DNA of 64,000 nucleotides from an uncultured Alphaproteobacteria bacterium (GCA_902577905.1 CACHAQ010000002.1:19728-83727); one strand, 5' to 3'. Shown: positions 1 through 9,435, numbered from the stretch's first letter. Translations and numbers: made by a program. The notes: generated by a model not told the origin, from the sequence alone.

Positions 1-311
1 ATTTCATTAAATCCTTTTAACGCTGAAATTGTATTTTCTAAGGTATTAGTCCAAGTAGTTGGCATTATGGAAGTTGTTCCATGTCTTAAATGATATTTTG
101 ACATGTCAATAATTGATTGCGAGCCCTCCATTACATCAAAACCATTACCACCATGACAATGGAGATCAACAAAACCAGGAATTATAATATTATCATAATC
201 TTCAGAGTCTTTTATTTTCAAGTCAATAATTTTTTCGTTGAAATATACATCTCCAATATAAGAAGAGTTATAATTTATAATTTTCCCACTAACTTTATTT
301 TGATCAATCAT
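1..311 (-). CDS. nagA: N-acetylglucosamine-6-phosphate deacetylase, N-terminal part (the gene runs off the window start)
   Basis: Manual reverse translation from the ATG at 309-311 gives MIDQNKVSGKIINYNSSYIGDVYFNEKIIDLKIKDSEDYDNIIIPGFVDLHCHGGNGFDVMEGSQSIIDMSKYHLRHGTTSIMPTT. PGFVDLHxHGG is the NagA/amidohydrolase metal-binding motif. It is absent from the ORF track because it is truncated. Confidence 0.8.
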   Translation of the reverse strand, partial: MIDQNKVSGKIINYNSSYIGDVYFNEKIIDLKIKDSEDYDNIIIPGFVDLHCHGGNGFDVMEGSQSIIDMSKYHLRHGTTSIMPTTWTNTLENTISALKGFNE

Positions 312-366
312 CTAAGTTCAATATCTTATATAGCAATTTCGTGATTTTTAAAAAAATTTAAAAAAC

Positions 367-1095
367 TTACAAATGAGGATTAATCTTACTAAATTTTTTC
401 TCTAATATATCATTATTTTTTTTAGCATTTGGCATATTTACACTGATGTAGAATGGGAATAATTTTTCATTTTTTAGGATATTTGCAACTTCAATTAAAA
501 TTGAATTTAAAATAAAAGATCCAGTAATTGTTGAAGCTGGCCCAACCATATTATCTTTTACATTTATAATCGCATCGCCAGGTGGAATCTTATTATCAAT
601 GAATATATCCGTTATTTCAAATAATCTTTTATTTAATTTAGATAGAGGAGCTTGTTTAGAAAATTTAACAGATGTTAGTGAAATAGTTTTTATTTTTTTT
701 TTCTTTGCAATTAAAGCTGCTTCAACTGGTGCATGATTAACGCCAGAATTAGATACAATCATTAATACATCTTTGCTGGTAATCTTATATTTAGCGAGAG
801 CTTTTTTTGCAATATTAGGAGTTCTTTCAAGAGCAGTAGCTTTTCTTGCTCCTTTTTTAAAACTGAGATCATCATCTCTTATTGGACATGCGGCAGCAAA
901 ACCACCTGCTCTGTGAAATGATTCTTCTCCTAGTAATCTAGAATGTCCAGTTCCAAAAATATATAACTGCCCACCTTTTTTATATGATTTGCTAATTAAT
1001 TTAGCACACTGTAAGAATTTTTTTTCTTCTTCTTTTAAAATCTTCTTTAATATTGAATTAATTTTTGAGGAATAAGACCTTGTTAATTTACTCAT
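367..1095 (-). CDS. Single-SIS-domain sugar-phosphate isomerase/binding protein (UPF0309-like)
   Basis: 242 aa with the SIS-type motifs GTGHSRLL and SNSGVN. It sits between the sugar-binding protein gene and nagA on the same strand. Confidence 0.65.
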   Translation of the reverse strand: MSKLTRSYSSKINSILKKILKEEEKKFLQCAKLISKSYKKGGQLYIFGTGHSRLLGEESFHRAGGFAAACPIRDDDLSFKKGARKATALERTPNIAKKALAKYKITSKDVLMIVSNSGVNHAPVEAALIAKKKKIKTISLTSVKFSKQAPLSKLNKRLFEITDIFIDNKIPPGDAIINVKDNMVGPASTITGSFILNSILIEVANILKNEKLFPFYISVNMPNAKKNNDILEKKFSKINPHL

Positions 1096-1113
1096 TTGAA
1101 TTTTACATTAGAT

Positions 1114-1136
1114 GCTAGGGCAAGTTATGCCCTAGC
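1114..1136 (-). terminator. GC-rich hairpin after the sugar-binding protein gene (intra-operon attenuator or mRNA stabiliser)
   Basis: gctagggca (1114-1122), loop agtta, tgccctagc (1128-1136): a perfect 9-bp stem. It lies 16 nt after the stop of the 1152-2363 gene. No clear T-tract follows on the minus strand. Confidence 0.45.
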
Positions 1137-1151
1137 AATATATTAAAATGA

Positions 1152-2363
1152 TTATTTATATTCTTCTAACTCTTCAGCAGCTTCAGCTACTAAATCAGCA
1201 GGATCACCTTCACCAAGAATTGCTCCTTGGATCATATTATTCATAACTGATTGAAAAGCTTTATAATCAACAAATAGAGGTTCTGGCCCACCATCACCAA
1301 TTGCATCTATAAACATCATCCAATAATCATCATTATATGGATCGGCAGTAGTAATTGAAGGATACTGCATAATTGGAGTTAAGCCCCACTCAGTATCTAA
1401 TTTATATTGCCATTTTGGAGAAGTAACCATTGCTGCAAATTTATTAGCAAGATCTTCATTACCTGTATTATTAAAAACAGCAATACTGTCAGTGATTAAT
1501 AATGTTCCTTGCTCACCTTGTGGTCCAGCTGGAATTCTTACAGTTTTCATATTAAGGTCTTCATTGTGAGTACCACGTCCCCAAGGACCATCAATGTACA
1601 TAGCAATCTTTTTATCATTAAGAAGATCTCTTAATTGAGATCTTTCATATGCTAAAGGACCTTCTTGAGCTACGTTTGCTAATTTTCCATAAAAAGCAAG
1701 AGCTTCAACTGTATTTGAACTATTTAAAGTAATTGTATTAGTATCAGGATCAATAACTTGACCACCATTACTGTATAAATAATTCAGGAACTGATGCATG
1801 GTATTATCAAAATCCTTACCAGTTAATCCAATTCCCGCAACACCTGGTACATTATTTGTAACAGCTTCAGCCATTGTATATAATTCATCCCATGTTTGAG
1901 GTCCTTCACATGCAACACCAGCCTGCTCTAGTAAATCACAATTCATAAATAAAGCTTTTGTAGAAAAAGCTCTTGGATATCCCCAAACCTTACCCATGTG
2001 AGATACAGTATTTAAAATGCCTGGTTGATACATGTCAATTTGTGACTGAGGTATGTCAACATTAATGATATGACCATTTTCAGCAAGTCCTTTTAATGTT
2101 CTAGAACCAACATAGGCTAAATCTACAGGATCTCCCGCAATAGCTAGGTTTATTACTTTGTCCTGACAAGTTCCCCAGGGAACAGCTTCCCATTTAATGG
2201 TAACTCCAGGATTGGCACTTTCAAATTCTGCTGCAACATCCATATCCGCTTGTCTAATTTCACCACCACATAGAATTCCATGTAATTCCTGTGAATTTGC
2301 ATTGAAACCAAAAAACAAAAAAAATATGAAAGAAGCGATTGAAGTAGTTTTTAAAAATTTCAT
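1152..2363 (-). CDS. Carbohydrate ABC transporter periplasmic substrate-binding protein (family 1)
   Basis: 403 aa with N-terminal signal peptide MKFLKTTSIASFIFFLFFGFNANS. Acidic, low-Lys composition. A GGAGGA Shine-Dalgarno lies upstream (revcomp of 2367-2375). It is adjacent to two MalF/MalG-type permeases. Confidence 0.85.
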   Translation of the reverse strand: MKFLKTTSIASFIFFLFFGFNANSQELHGILCGGEIRQADMDVAAEFESANPGVTIKWEAVPWGTCQDKVINLAIAGDPVDLAYVGSRTLKGLAENGHIINVDIPQSQIDMYQPGILNTVSHMGKVWGYPRAFSTKALFMNCDLLEQAGVACEGPQTWDELYTMAEAVTNNVPGVAGIGLTGKDFDNTMHQFLNYLYSNGGQVIDPDTNTITLNSSNTVEALAFYGKLANVAQEGPLAYERSQLRDLLNDKKIAMYIDGPWGRGTHNEDLNMKTVRIPAGPQGEQGTLLITDSIAVFNNTGNEDLANKFAAMVTSPKWQYKLDTEWGLTPIMQYPSITTADPYNDDYWMMFIDAIGDGGPEPLFVDYKAFQSVMNNMIQGAILGEGDPADLVAEAAEELEEYK

Positions 2364-2432
2364 GTTTCCTCCAAATTATTTACTACCGTATCACTATAAT
2401 ATGAATACAATCAAGCGAATTTATTTAATATA

Positions 2433-3272
2433 TTAGTTTTTTACAGCCCCAGCTGTTAAACCTTCTACAATATACTTTTGTAAAAATATAAAGACTATTA
2501 AAACTGGGAATACTCCAACAATAGAAGCTGCCATCATTTCATTCCATTTCACAGATTGGTAGCCAATGAACTCAGTTAAACCAGATACTATTGGCATATA
2601 TTCTCTAATTGAATTAAATGTTATAGCAAAGAGGAATTGTTGAGCGTAAGCTTGAATAAAAGCATATATAGCAGTTACAGCAATGCCTGGAGTGCTCAAT
2701 GGTGCAATAATTCTGAAAAGAATATCCATTCTCGAAGCTCCATCACAATATGCTGCCTCCTCTAGCTCAACTGGAATTTTTTCAAAATATGCTTTCAATA
2801 GCCATATTGAAGTTGGAATACAAAATGCTATTCCTGGTACAATCATTGCAAAATATGTATTTAAAAGGTCAAAATATCTTAATAGTTTAAATAGAGGTAT
2901 TAATAATACCGCACCAGAAAACATATTTACTGCCAAAAGAACCCATAAACTACCTTGTTTGAATGGGAAATTAAATCTTGCGTATGAGTACGCAGCAGGA
3001 ATTACAAATAAAAGTGTAAAAAAAGTTACTGTAATAGCCATAAAAAAACTATTAAAAATATATCTTCCTAAAAGAGGAACTGTGTTCCACATTTCTCTGT
3101 ATGCCCAAAAGGATAAGTCATCAGAATAAAATTGATAAGGAGATCTAAATATGTGCTTTAAAGGTCGTAAAGACGCGTAAAACATTTCAACAAAGGGTAA
3201 TAAGATAAATATAAAAAAAACAGTTATGCTCAGATATAAAAATATTTTTAAAGGTAAGCTATATTTATCCAT
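2433..3272 (-). CDS. Carbohydrate ABC transporter permease (MalG-like)
   Basis: 279 aa polytopic protein with an EAA-type loop (EEAAYCDGASRMDILFRIIAPL). Confidence 0.85.
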   Translation of the reverse strand: MDKYSLPLKIFLYLSITVFFIFILLPFVEMFYASLRPLKHIFRSPYQFYSDDLSFWAYREMWNTVPLLGRYIFNSFFMAITVTFFTLLFVIPAAYSYARFNFPFKQGSLWVLLAVNMFSGAVLLIPLFKLLRYFDLLNTYFAMIVPGIAFCIPTSIWLLKAYFEKIPVELEEAAYCDGASRMDILFRIIAPLSTPGIAVTAIYAFIQAYAQQFLFAITFNSIREYMPIVSGLTEFIGYQSVKWNEMMAASIVGVFPVLIVFIFLQKYIVEGLTAGAVKN

Positions 3273-4167
3273 GAGATACCTTTTTGTTTATTCTTGAAAG
3301 TAAATAAAAATATGCAATCGCAAACGTTGATATCATAATTACGATCATTACTGCTCTAGCAGATCCCTTACCAAACTTATAATTACCCAGTGCCATTTTG
3401 TAAGTATCTATAATCAAAGTTGTTGTTGCTCCTCTTGGACCGCCTTCTGTTAAAATGTAAATTATATCAAAAGAGACAAAAGTAGATACAGCAGAAATTA
3501 GAGACATAGTTATAATTACCGGTGTTAATTGAGGTAGTGTTATGTGATACCATCTACTAAATCTACCAGCCCCATCACAATAAGCTGCTTCATATAAATC
3601 TCTTGGAATTGCTTGCATACCAGCCAAGAAAAACAGTGTAACAAATGGTACGCCAACCCAGATGTCGGTTACCATTGTTGCAATAAAAGCACTATTTTTA
3701 TAAGCCAAAAAACTAAATGGTCCATCTAGAATTCCTAATCGAATTCCAATACCGGATAGTATTCCAAAATGACCATTGTAAACCCACATCCAGCCAAGTG
3801 CACCAATTGCAATCGGCACAACCCAAGGAGGTAAAACTAAAATTCTAAAGAATGATCTACCTCTCAAACTTGCATTGAGCAAAACAGCCCCTATCATTCC
3901 TATTATTAACTTTAGTAAAACTGAGAAAAAGGTCCATACAAATGTTCGTATAGCTATTTTACTAAATTTAGAACTAGATAGAAGTTTTTCATAATTTTCA
4001 AAACCAACGTAGTCTTCACCGGCTATACTAGAATTAGTAAATGATAATCTAAATGTTTCTATTAAAGGCCATCCCACTATACACAAAAGGTATATAACTG
4101 CTGGAGCTATTAGAATGTAAGCTAAAAAATATTGTGAGTTATATGAATTTAATTTATTTTTTTTCAT
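3265..4167 (-). CDS. Carbohydrate ABC transporter permease (MalF-like)
   Basis: 300 aa polytopic protein with EAA loop YEAAYCDGAGRFSRWYHITLPQL. It overlaps the next permease by 8 nt. Confidence 0.85.
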   Translation of the reverse strand: MKKNKLNSYNSQYFLAYILIAPAVIYLLCIVGWPLIETFRLSFTNSSIAGEDYVGFENYEKLLSSSKFSKIAIRTFVWTFFSVLLKLIIGMIGAVLLNASLRGRSFFRILVLPPWVVPIAIGALGWMWVYNGHFGILSGIGIRLGILDGPFSFLAYKNSAFIATMVTDIWVGVPFVTLFFLAGMQAIPRDLYEAAYCDGAGRFSRWYHITLPQLTPVIITMSLISAVSTFVSFDIIYILTEGGPRGATTTLIIDTYKMALGNYKFGKGSARAVMIVIMISTFAIAYFYLLSRINKKVSHG

Positions 4168-5313
4168 TTAATTAATTATACTATCTAACCTTTCCCAAGT
4201 TTCACTGAGATCAATAACTTTTTTATTAATTCTTGCTTCGTCAATTTTCATTGCAATAATGCCAGCTTCCATACATTCAACTATTCCTACAGGTAACTTG
4301 TTATCATTATTAAGTAAATAATTATTTATTTCTTTTGCCATCAGACTATCTGCACCATAATGACCTTTAACCTCTTTCCCAAATGCAGCTCCATAATTCT
4401 CATCAATTAAAATATTATTATTCTCATCATGAGCTTTCATATAGCCTCTCACAAAATCTCCTTCAATCATTCCTGATGATCCAATAACTGCAAATCTTCT
4501 ATATTCATCTGGGACTTTCATATTAGTATGAAATGATAGCACTGCATTATTTTCATATTCAATTATTGCTACTTGATGATCAACAATATCAGCATCACTA
4601 TCGAAAACATTTGATTTCGACTCCCAACCTTTAAGCCTGTCTTTAGTATATTGTTGATGAGAGCCTGATGGTAGATTATCAGGAATAAAAGATCTTCTTG
4701 ATCCAAAACTAGCAACTTTCATAGGTCTGCTTGCTGTTATCATCGAATAGAAATCAATATCATGGCAACATTTTTCAAGCATAAAGCCTCCTGAATATTT
4801 TTGTTTTCTTCTCCAATTTCTCATGAAAAAAGCACCATGGGATGGCACAATGTGCTCTGAAGCTTCAATCGATATTATATTTCCAATAGCATTTTGATCT
4901 AATAATTTTCTTACAGATCTAGCTTGCTGCGAATATCTTAAAACTAAACCAACTATTATTCTATCCTTACCGTATTCTTTAATCAGTTTTGCTAACTCGA
5001 AAGTTTGCTTTTCATTTATTACTATAGGTTTTTCAGCAAATATTTTTAGTCCAGCTCTTAATCCACACTTAATATGATCTAAATGTAAATGGTTAGGAGA
5101 CCCAATCATTAACATATCTAGTTTCTCTTGATCTAACATTTTATTTAAATTTGAATAAGTTTTTTTTGGGAAAAAATTATGTTTCTCAGCAAATTCTTTA
5201 CCTATTGGTTGAGGATCTACATAAGCAACCATTTCAAAATTAGGATTAATTTTTGAAAATTCATTATAAACACTTACCGTTCTATTCCCAAAACCAACTG
5301 CACCTATTTTCAT
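4168..5313 (-). CDS. Gfo/Idh/MocA-family NAD(P)-dependent oxidoreductase
   Basis: 381 aa with an N-terminal Rossmann segment (MKIGAVGFGNR) and the EKP motif (FAEKPIV). There is no gap to the downstream permease gene. Confidence 0.75.
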   Translation of the reverse strand: MKIGAVGFGNRTVSVYNEFSKINPNFEMVAYVDPQPIGKEFAEKHNFFPKKTYSNLNKMLDQEKLDMLMIGSPNHLHLDHIKCGLRAGLKIFAEKPIVINEKQTFELAKLIKEYGKDRIIVGLVLRYSQQARSVRKLLDQNAIGNIISIEASEHIVPSHGAFFMRNWRRKQKYSGGFMLEKCCHDIDFYSMITASRPMKVASFGSRRSFIPDNLPSGSHQQYTKDRLKGWESKSNVFDSDADIVDHQVAIIEYENNAVLSFHTNMKVPDEYRRFAVIGSSGMIEGDFVRGYMKAHDENNNILIDENYGAAFGKEVKGHYGADSLMAKEINNYLLNNDNKLPVGIVECMEAGIIAMKIDEARINKKVIDLSETWERLDSIIN

Positions 5314-5332
5314 ATTTATTTTTAGTTTAACA

Positions 5333-7195
5333 TTAAAAATTATGATATCGCCAGCCTAATTTTTTTAAGAAATTCATAGAATTTAACAAAGCTGAACGAA
5401 ATTCAGTCCAAGTTCTAGAAATTTTTCCTTTCCATGCAAGTTCTGATAAAGTTGCTAATCGTGGATTAATCATTTGATCAAAAAATTTTTTATCTGTAAT
5501 TGTCTCTGACCAGAGTTGGCCTTGTAACCCTTTTATCAATTCTGATTTATTTATATCCTTTATTGGGTTCCATTCAAAAATATCTTTTACTTCTATAGTT
5601 GCAGCCCAACATATTCCTCTTTCTTCAGTTGAATTATTATAAGCCATATCAAAATATGTTTTTTGACCAGGGCAAAGTATTGTTTCAAATCCCTTATTTG
5701 TAGTTTCTTTTGCAACATCTGAATGCTCCCATGAAAAGATCAAGCATGATTTATCAATTTTTCCAGCACTTCCACCCACACCATGATCGATATGAGGAGA
5801 CACTGCCGCCTCATTCCATGCAGCTGTTCTTTTATTTTTTGATTTTAGAAAATCTATTAAAAAATTCATATAGTAATCTTGATATTCTTCTTGTGATTTA
5901 ATATTATTTTTTTTCATAAACTCGATAATTGCTGGAGAACCTTCCCACGCATTACTTGGTCTTTCATCAACACCAACATGAATTACATCATATGAGAAAA
6001 TATCACTTACTTCATTCAACATATCTTTTAAAAAAGTTACAGTTTTTTCTAAGGAAGGATTTATAGTATTATTCTTATACGAACCAACATCTTCACTAAC
6101 TATATTTGAAGACTGTTCTCTAAGTTCTGGCATAATTTCTAGTAATGCCCAAGAATGTGCTGGTAAATCAATTTCAGGCATAATCTCGATATTGAATTTT
6201 TTTGCATATATAATTAAATTTTTGATATCTTCCTGTGTGTAATATCCGCCGTATTTATCATAACCGCTTCCGTACAATGGTGGTATTTTAAAATTATATC
6301 CTCTGTATCCTCCATTTAATGCTAGAGCTGGATATTTTTTAATTTCAATTCTCCACGCTTCGTTATCTGTTAAATGCCAGTGAAATCTATTAAGCTTAAA
6401 TAATGCCATGTAATTAAATAAACGTTTGATTTCATCAATAGTATAGAATTGTCTTGCACAATCGAGATGCATTCCTCTCCATTGATATTTTGGATTATCG
6501 TGTATTGTGCAAACTGGAAGCTTTATTTGATAGAAATCAATTAAATGAACTAAAGATATAAGACCATATAGTTTTCCGCCATAATTATTATATTTAATCT
6601 CAATATTATCTTTTGTTATCTGCATAAAATATTGATCGTTTAAAAACTGATCATCTTTTTTAAAGAAAATTGGAAATCCTTTTTCAGAAGTAAAATTAAT
6701 ATCCAATTTGGAAATAATATTTTGCAAATTAGATATAATTTTAATTTCTGTATTTAGATTAAATGTTTTATTTTCAATATTTATAAATTCATTTTGTAAA
6801 TGAATTTTTTCTGGCTCAGGAATAATAGGTATAAAATTTTTTGTTTTTAAATCTTCATAAGTTTTCTTTTTAATTGGTTTTTCAAATATCAAATCTGAAA
6901 CATTTATATTTAATTTAATATTTTTTAATGTATCAATAATGAAAATACCTTCCGGACCACACGAGAGGTTGAAGTTGCCAATTCTAGGAATTTGTAGATC
7001 TAATAAGATTAAATTTTTTTCTATAGATAACTCATAATAGCGTCCAATTTGCTTAATTATATGAGCTCCGGTTATAGATTTTATTGAATAAACTAATGAG
7101 AAACACAATTTAAAATTTGAATCTAGTAATTTATCATCAAGAATAATTTTTAATTTATTTTCTTTTGTAAAAGATATATTAATTTGATGAATCAT
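5333..7195 (-). CDS. GH20 beta-N-acetylhexosaminidase, apparently cytoplasmic
   Basis: 620 aa with GH20 motifs HWHLTDNEAWR and IMPEIDLPAHS and the catalytic D-E pair in HVGVDE. No N-terminal signal peptide is visible. Confidence 0.85.
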   Translation of the reverse strand: MIHQINISFTKENKLKIILDDKLLDSNFKLCFSLVYSIKSITGAHIIKQIGRYYELSIEKNLILLDLQIPRIGNFNLSCGPEGIFIIDTLKNIKLNINVSDLIFEKPIKKKTYEDLKTKNFIPIIPEPEKIHLQNEFINIENKTFNLNTEIKIISNLQNIISKLDINFTSEKGFPIFFKKDDQFLNDQYFMQITKDNIEIKYNNYGGKLYGLISLVHLIDFYQIKLPVCTIHDNPKYQWRGMHLDCARQFYTIDEIKRLFNYMALFKLNRFHWHLTDNEAWRIEIKKYPALALNGGYRGYNFKIPPLYGSGYDKYGGYYTQEDIKNLIIYAKKFNIEIMPEIDLPAHSWALLEIMPELREQSSNIVSEDVGSYKNNTINPSLEKTVTFLKDMLNEVSDIFSYDVIHVGVDERPSNAWEGSPAIIEFMKKNNIKSQEEYQDYYMNFLIDFLKSKNKRTAAWNEAAVSPHIDHGVGGSAGKIDKSCLIFSWEHSDVAKETTNKGFETILCPGQKTYFDMAYNNSTEERGICWAATIEVKDIFEWNPIKDINKSELIKGLQGQLWSETITDKKFFDQMINPRLATLSELAWKGKISRTWTEFRSALLNSMNFLKKLGWRYHNF

Positions 7196-7208
7196 AACGA
7201 ACCATTAT

Positions 7209-8276
7209 ATGAGTTTTAAAGATATATTTAATATAGACGGAGAAGTAAAGGAAAGTGCTCATGCAAGAGTAAATTTAATTGGTGAACATACCGATTATAC
7301 TGGTGGATATGTCATGCCTACACTTTTATCTTTTAAAAATACCATTGAGATATCTCAAAATAATTCTAATGAATTCACAGTTTATTCTCAACATTTTAAA
7401 GAAAAAAAAACATTTAATGATTTGAAAAAATCAACCAAAAATGAGTGGGTTGATTATATAAAAGGTTGTTTGTATATTTTTTTTGATGAAAATAAGATTT
7501 CATCTAGATTTTTAAACATTTTTATTTCATCTGATATACCTTTAGAAAGAGGTATTTCATCATCTTCAGCATTGTGTGTTGCTACACTAAAAGCACTTAA
7601 TACTTTTTTTGAAACAAAAATCAAAGATCCAGAAATTGCAAAATTAGCAAAGAAAGTAGAATTCAACTATATAGGTGTTTCTGGTGGAATAATGGATCAA
7701 ATGGTTTCTTCTATTGGGATTCATGGCAAAGCATTTTTTATGAATTGTAAGAATTTAGAATACGAACTTATTAATTTTCCAGAAAATTGGAAATTTTGTT
7801 TGATTGACTCTGAAGTACAACGAAATTTAAGAGATAGCTCTTATAATGAAAGATTTACTGAACTCCAAGAGGCTGAAAAAAAACTTGGTGTAGAATATTT
7901 AGGTGAAGTTAAAAAAGAAAATTTTCAAACAAATAAATTTGACAATAATACTATAGCAAAAAGAGCAAAGCATGTAGTTTTTGAAAATGATAGAGTAATT
8001 AATGCGAAAAAAAATTTAATAGAAAATAATATTCAGGAGTTTGGAAAATTAATGAATGAAAGTCACGTATCATATTCTAAAGATTTTGAAGCATCTACTT
8101 TAGATGTTGATTTAATTGTTCAGAGATCGGTTGAATGTGGCGCTCTAGGCGCCAGATTGACTGGTGGTGGATTTGGTGGTTTTACAGTTTCATTAATTGA
8201 AAGAAATAATTTTAGTAATTGGTATAGTAAAATTTTAAATTTTTATAATGCTGAAAAGATCTTCGAAGTCAATTAG
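7209..8276 (+). CDS. galK: Galactokinase-family GHMP kinase (Gal or N-acetylhexosamine substrate not resolved)
   Basis: 355 aa with the galactokinase signature RVNLIGEHTDYTGG, GHMP motif GISSSSAL, and C-terminal RLTGGGFGG. Confidence 0.75.
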   Translation: MSFKDIFNIDGEVKESAHARVNLIGEHTDYTGGYVMPTLLSFKNTIEISQNNSNEFTVYSQHFKEKKTFNDLKKSTKNEWVDYIKGCLYIFFDENKISSRFLNIFISSDIPLERGISSSSALCVATLKALNTFFETKIKDPEIAKLAKKVEFNYIGVSGGIMDQMVSSIGIHGKAFFMNCKNLEYELINFPENWKFCLIDSEVQRNLRDSSYNERFTELQEAEKKLGVEYLGEVKKENFQTNKFDNNTIAKRAKHVVFENDRVINAKKNLIENNIQEFGKLMNESHVSYSKDFEASTLDVDLIVQRSVECGALGARLTGGGFGGFTVSLIERNNFSNWYSKILNFYNAEKIFEVN

Positions 8277-9349
8277 GGTTTTAATAATCTTCTAAGCTTA
8301 CCCTCAGTGACATCATGATCAATATAACATCCTTGTAGATGTCTAAAACCAGTATTTGGATCAAATTTAGTTCTTCCATGTAATAATCTCAGGTTATCAA
8401 ACATTGCAATCATTCCTTTAGATAATCTAAATTTAATTTTGAAATCATCAGAATTACAAAGTTTGAACATATATTTTCTAGCCTTATAAAAGAGATCAAG
8501 ATTATTTTCCTCTAATAATGGAACATAATCAAGTCTTCCACTAAATCGTATTTGTCTAAAGTTATTATTATGATCTAGTTCAATTAATTTTGCTTCATCA
8601 ACTAAAATAGTATCAATATCTGTAAATTTAAAAGTAACATTAGTTTCAGTTAATACTTTATAAAATTCAGGTTGGTTATGTTTTAAAAAAATTGCAACAC
8701 TAAAACCATCAACTAAACTTGAATCTCCTCCTGTAGATTCATTAGCAATACAATGAAGTAATTGAATTCCAGGAACAGGCTTTCTATATGGGTTATCTGA
8801 ATGCGATGTTAACTCTAATGCAGTATAAGCAAGATCATTTGGATTTGGTTTTGAGACAACGTTAAATAATTTTCCAAAATTTGTTGCTCGTACTGGGCCT
8901 AATTTTTCAGCAAAATTTATAACTTCATTTTCTTCTGCTTTTGTATTTTCGATTATTACATAACCATATTGATAAAATACTTTAAGCATATTGATAAGTT
9001 CTTTTTTATTCTCAAAGATTTTATTATTATCAAAAATTTCTAAATTTTGTTCACTGACATTCCATATTTTTTTTTCAGGTATTACATCAATATTTTTGAT
9101 TTCATTATAAAGATCATCGATATTAAAAGATCCTTTTGCTCCATCACTAAATTCAACATTTAATATATTTTCGTTAATATTATGAGAATTTATAAATAGA
9201 TTATCATCTAAGAGGCTTGGTTCATATAAACGTTGTAGATTATTTTGGTCTACAAATTTACTCCCATTTAATCTTTCACGAAGCCAAATACTATGAAGTT
9301 TAAACTCTGATAATTTTCCTTCATTAATAGAAATTATTTTTTTTCCCAT
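8273..9349 (-). CDS. Fe(II)/2-oxoglutarate dioxygenase, gamma-butyrobetaine hydroxylase/TauD-like
   Basis: 358 aa with an HxD facial-triad segment (SHSDNPY) and a distal His in LRLLHGR. It has an N-terminal DUF971-like domain. Confidence 0.7.
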   Translation of the reverse strand: MGKKIISINEGKLSEFKLHSIWLRERLNGSKFVDQNNLQRLYEPSLLDDNLFINSHNINENILNVEFSDGAKGSFNIDDLYNEIKNIDVIPEKKIWNVSEQNLEIFDNNKIFENKKELINMLKVFYQYGYVIIENTKAEENEVINFAEKLGPVRATNFGKLFNVVSKPNPNDLAYTALELTSHSDNPYRKPVPGIQLLHCIANESTGGDSSLVDGFSVAIFLKHNQPEFYKVLTETNVTFKFTDIDTILVDEAKLIELDHNNNFRQIRFSGRLDYVPLLEENNLDLFYKARKYMFKLCNSDDFKIKFRLSKGMIAMFDNLRLLHGRTKFDPNTGFRHLQGCYIDHDVTEGKLRRLLKP

Positions 9350-9435
9350 TTTTAGTTTATTAATTAATATTTAAATTTGTGTAAATTATAAATTATAGTT
9401 AAAAATTAAAAAATGGTTGAGAAATAAATGATTAA

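Noticed and set aside
117-344. A 75-aa plus-strand ORF at the window start.
   Set aside because: The opposite strand encodes a clear NagA N-terminus (PGFVDLHCHGG), and the plus-strand peptide is low-complexity Ile/Asn/Phe.
2683-3129. A 148-aa plus-strand ORF inside the MalG-like permease gene. Similar internal or antisense ORFs occur at 2197-2436, 5710-5901, 7454-7666, 11650-11937, 12914-13141, 14478-14663, 19161-19364, 22073-22270, 24186-24467, 28551-28739, 30639-31104, 31934-32116, 33016-33210, 35644-35847, 36310-36552, 38015-38206, 38646-38846, 39113-39397, 41280-41651, 45858-46330, 46679-46912, 47882-48073, 55258-55458, 57807-58046 and 62374-62637.
   Set aside because: All lie within, and mostly antisense to, ORFs with strong family-level motifs. 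None has a motif, an SD or independent spacing of its own.
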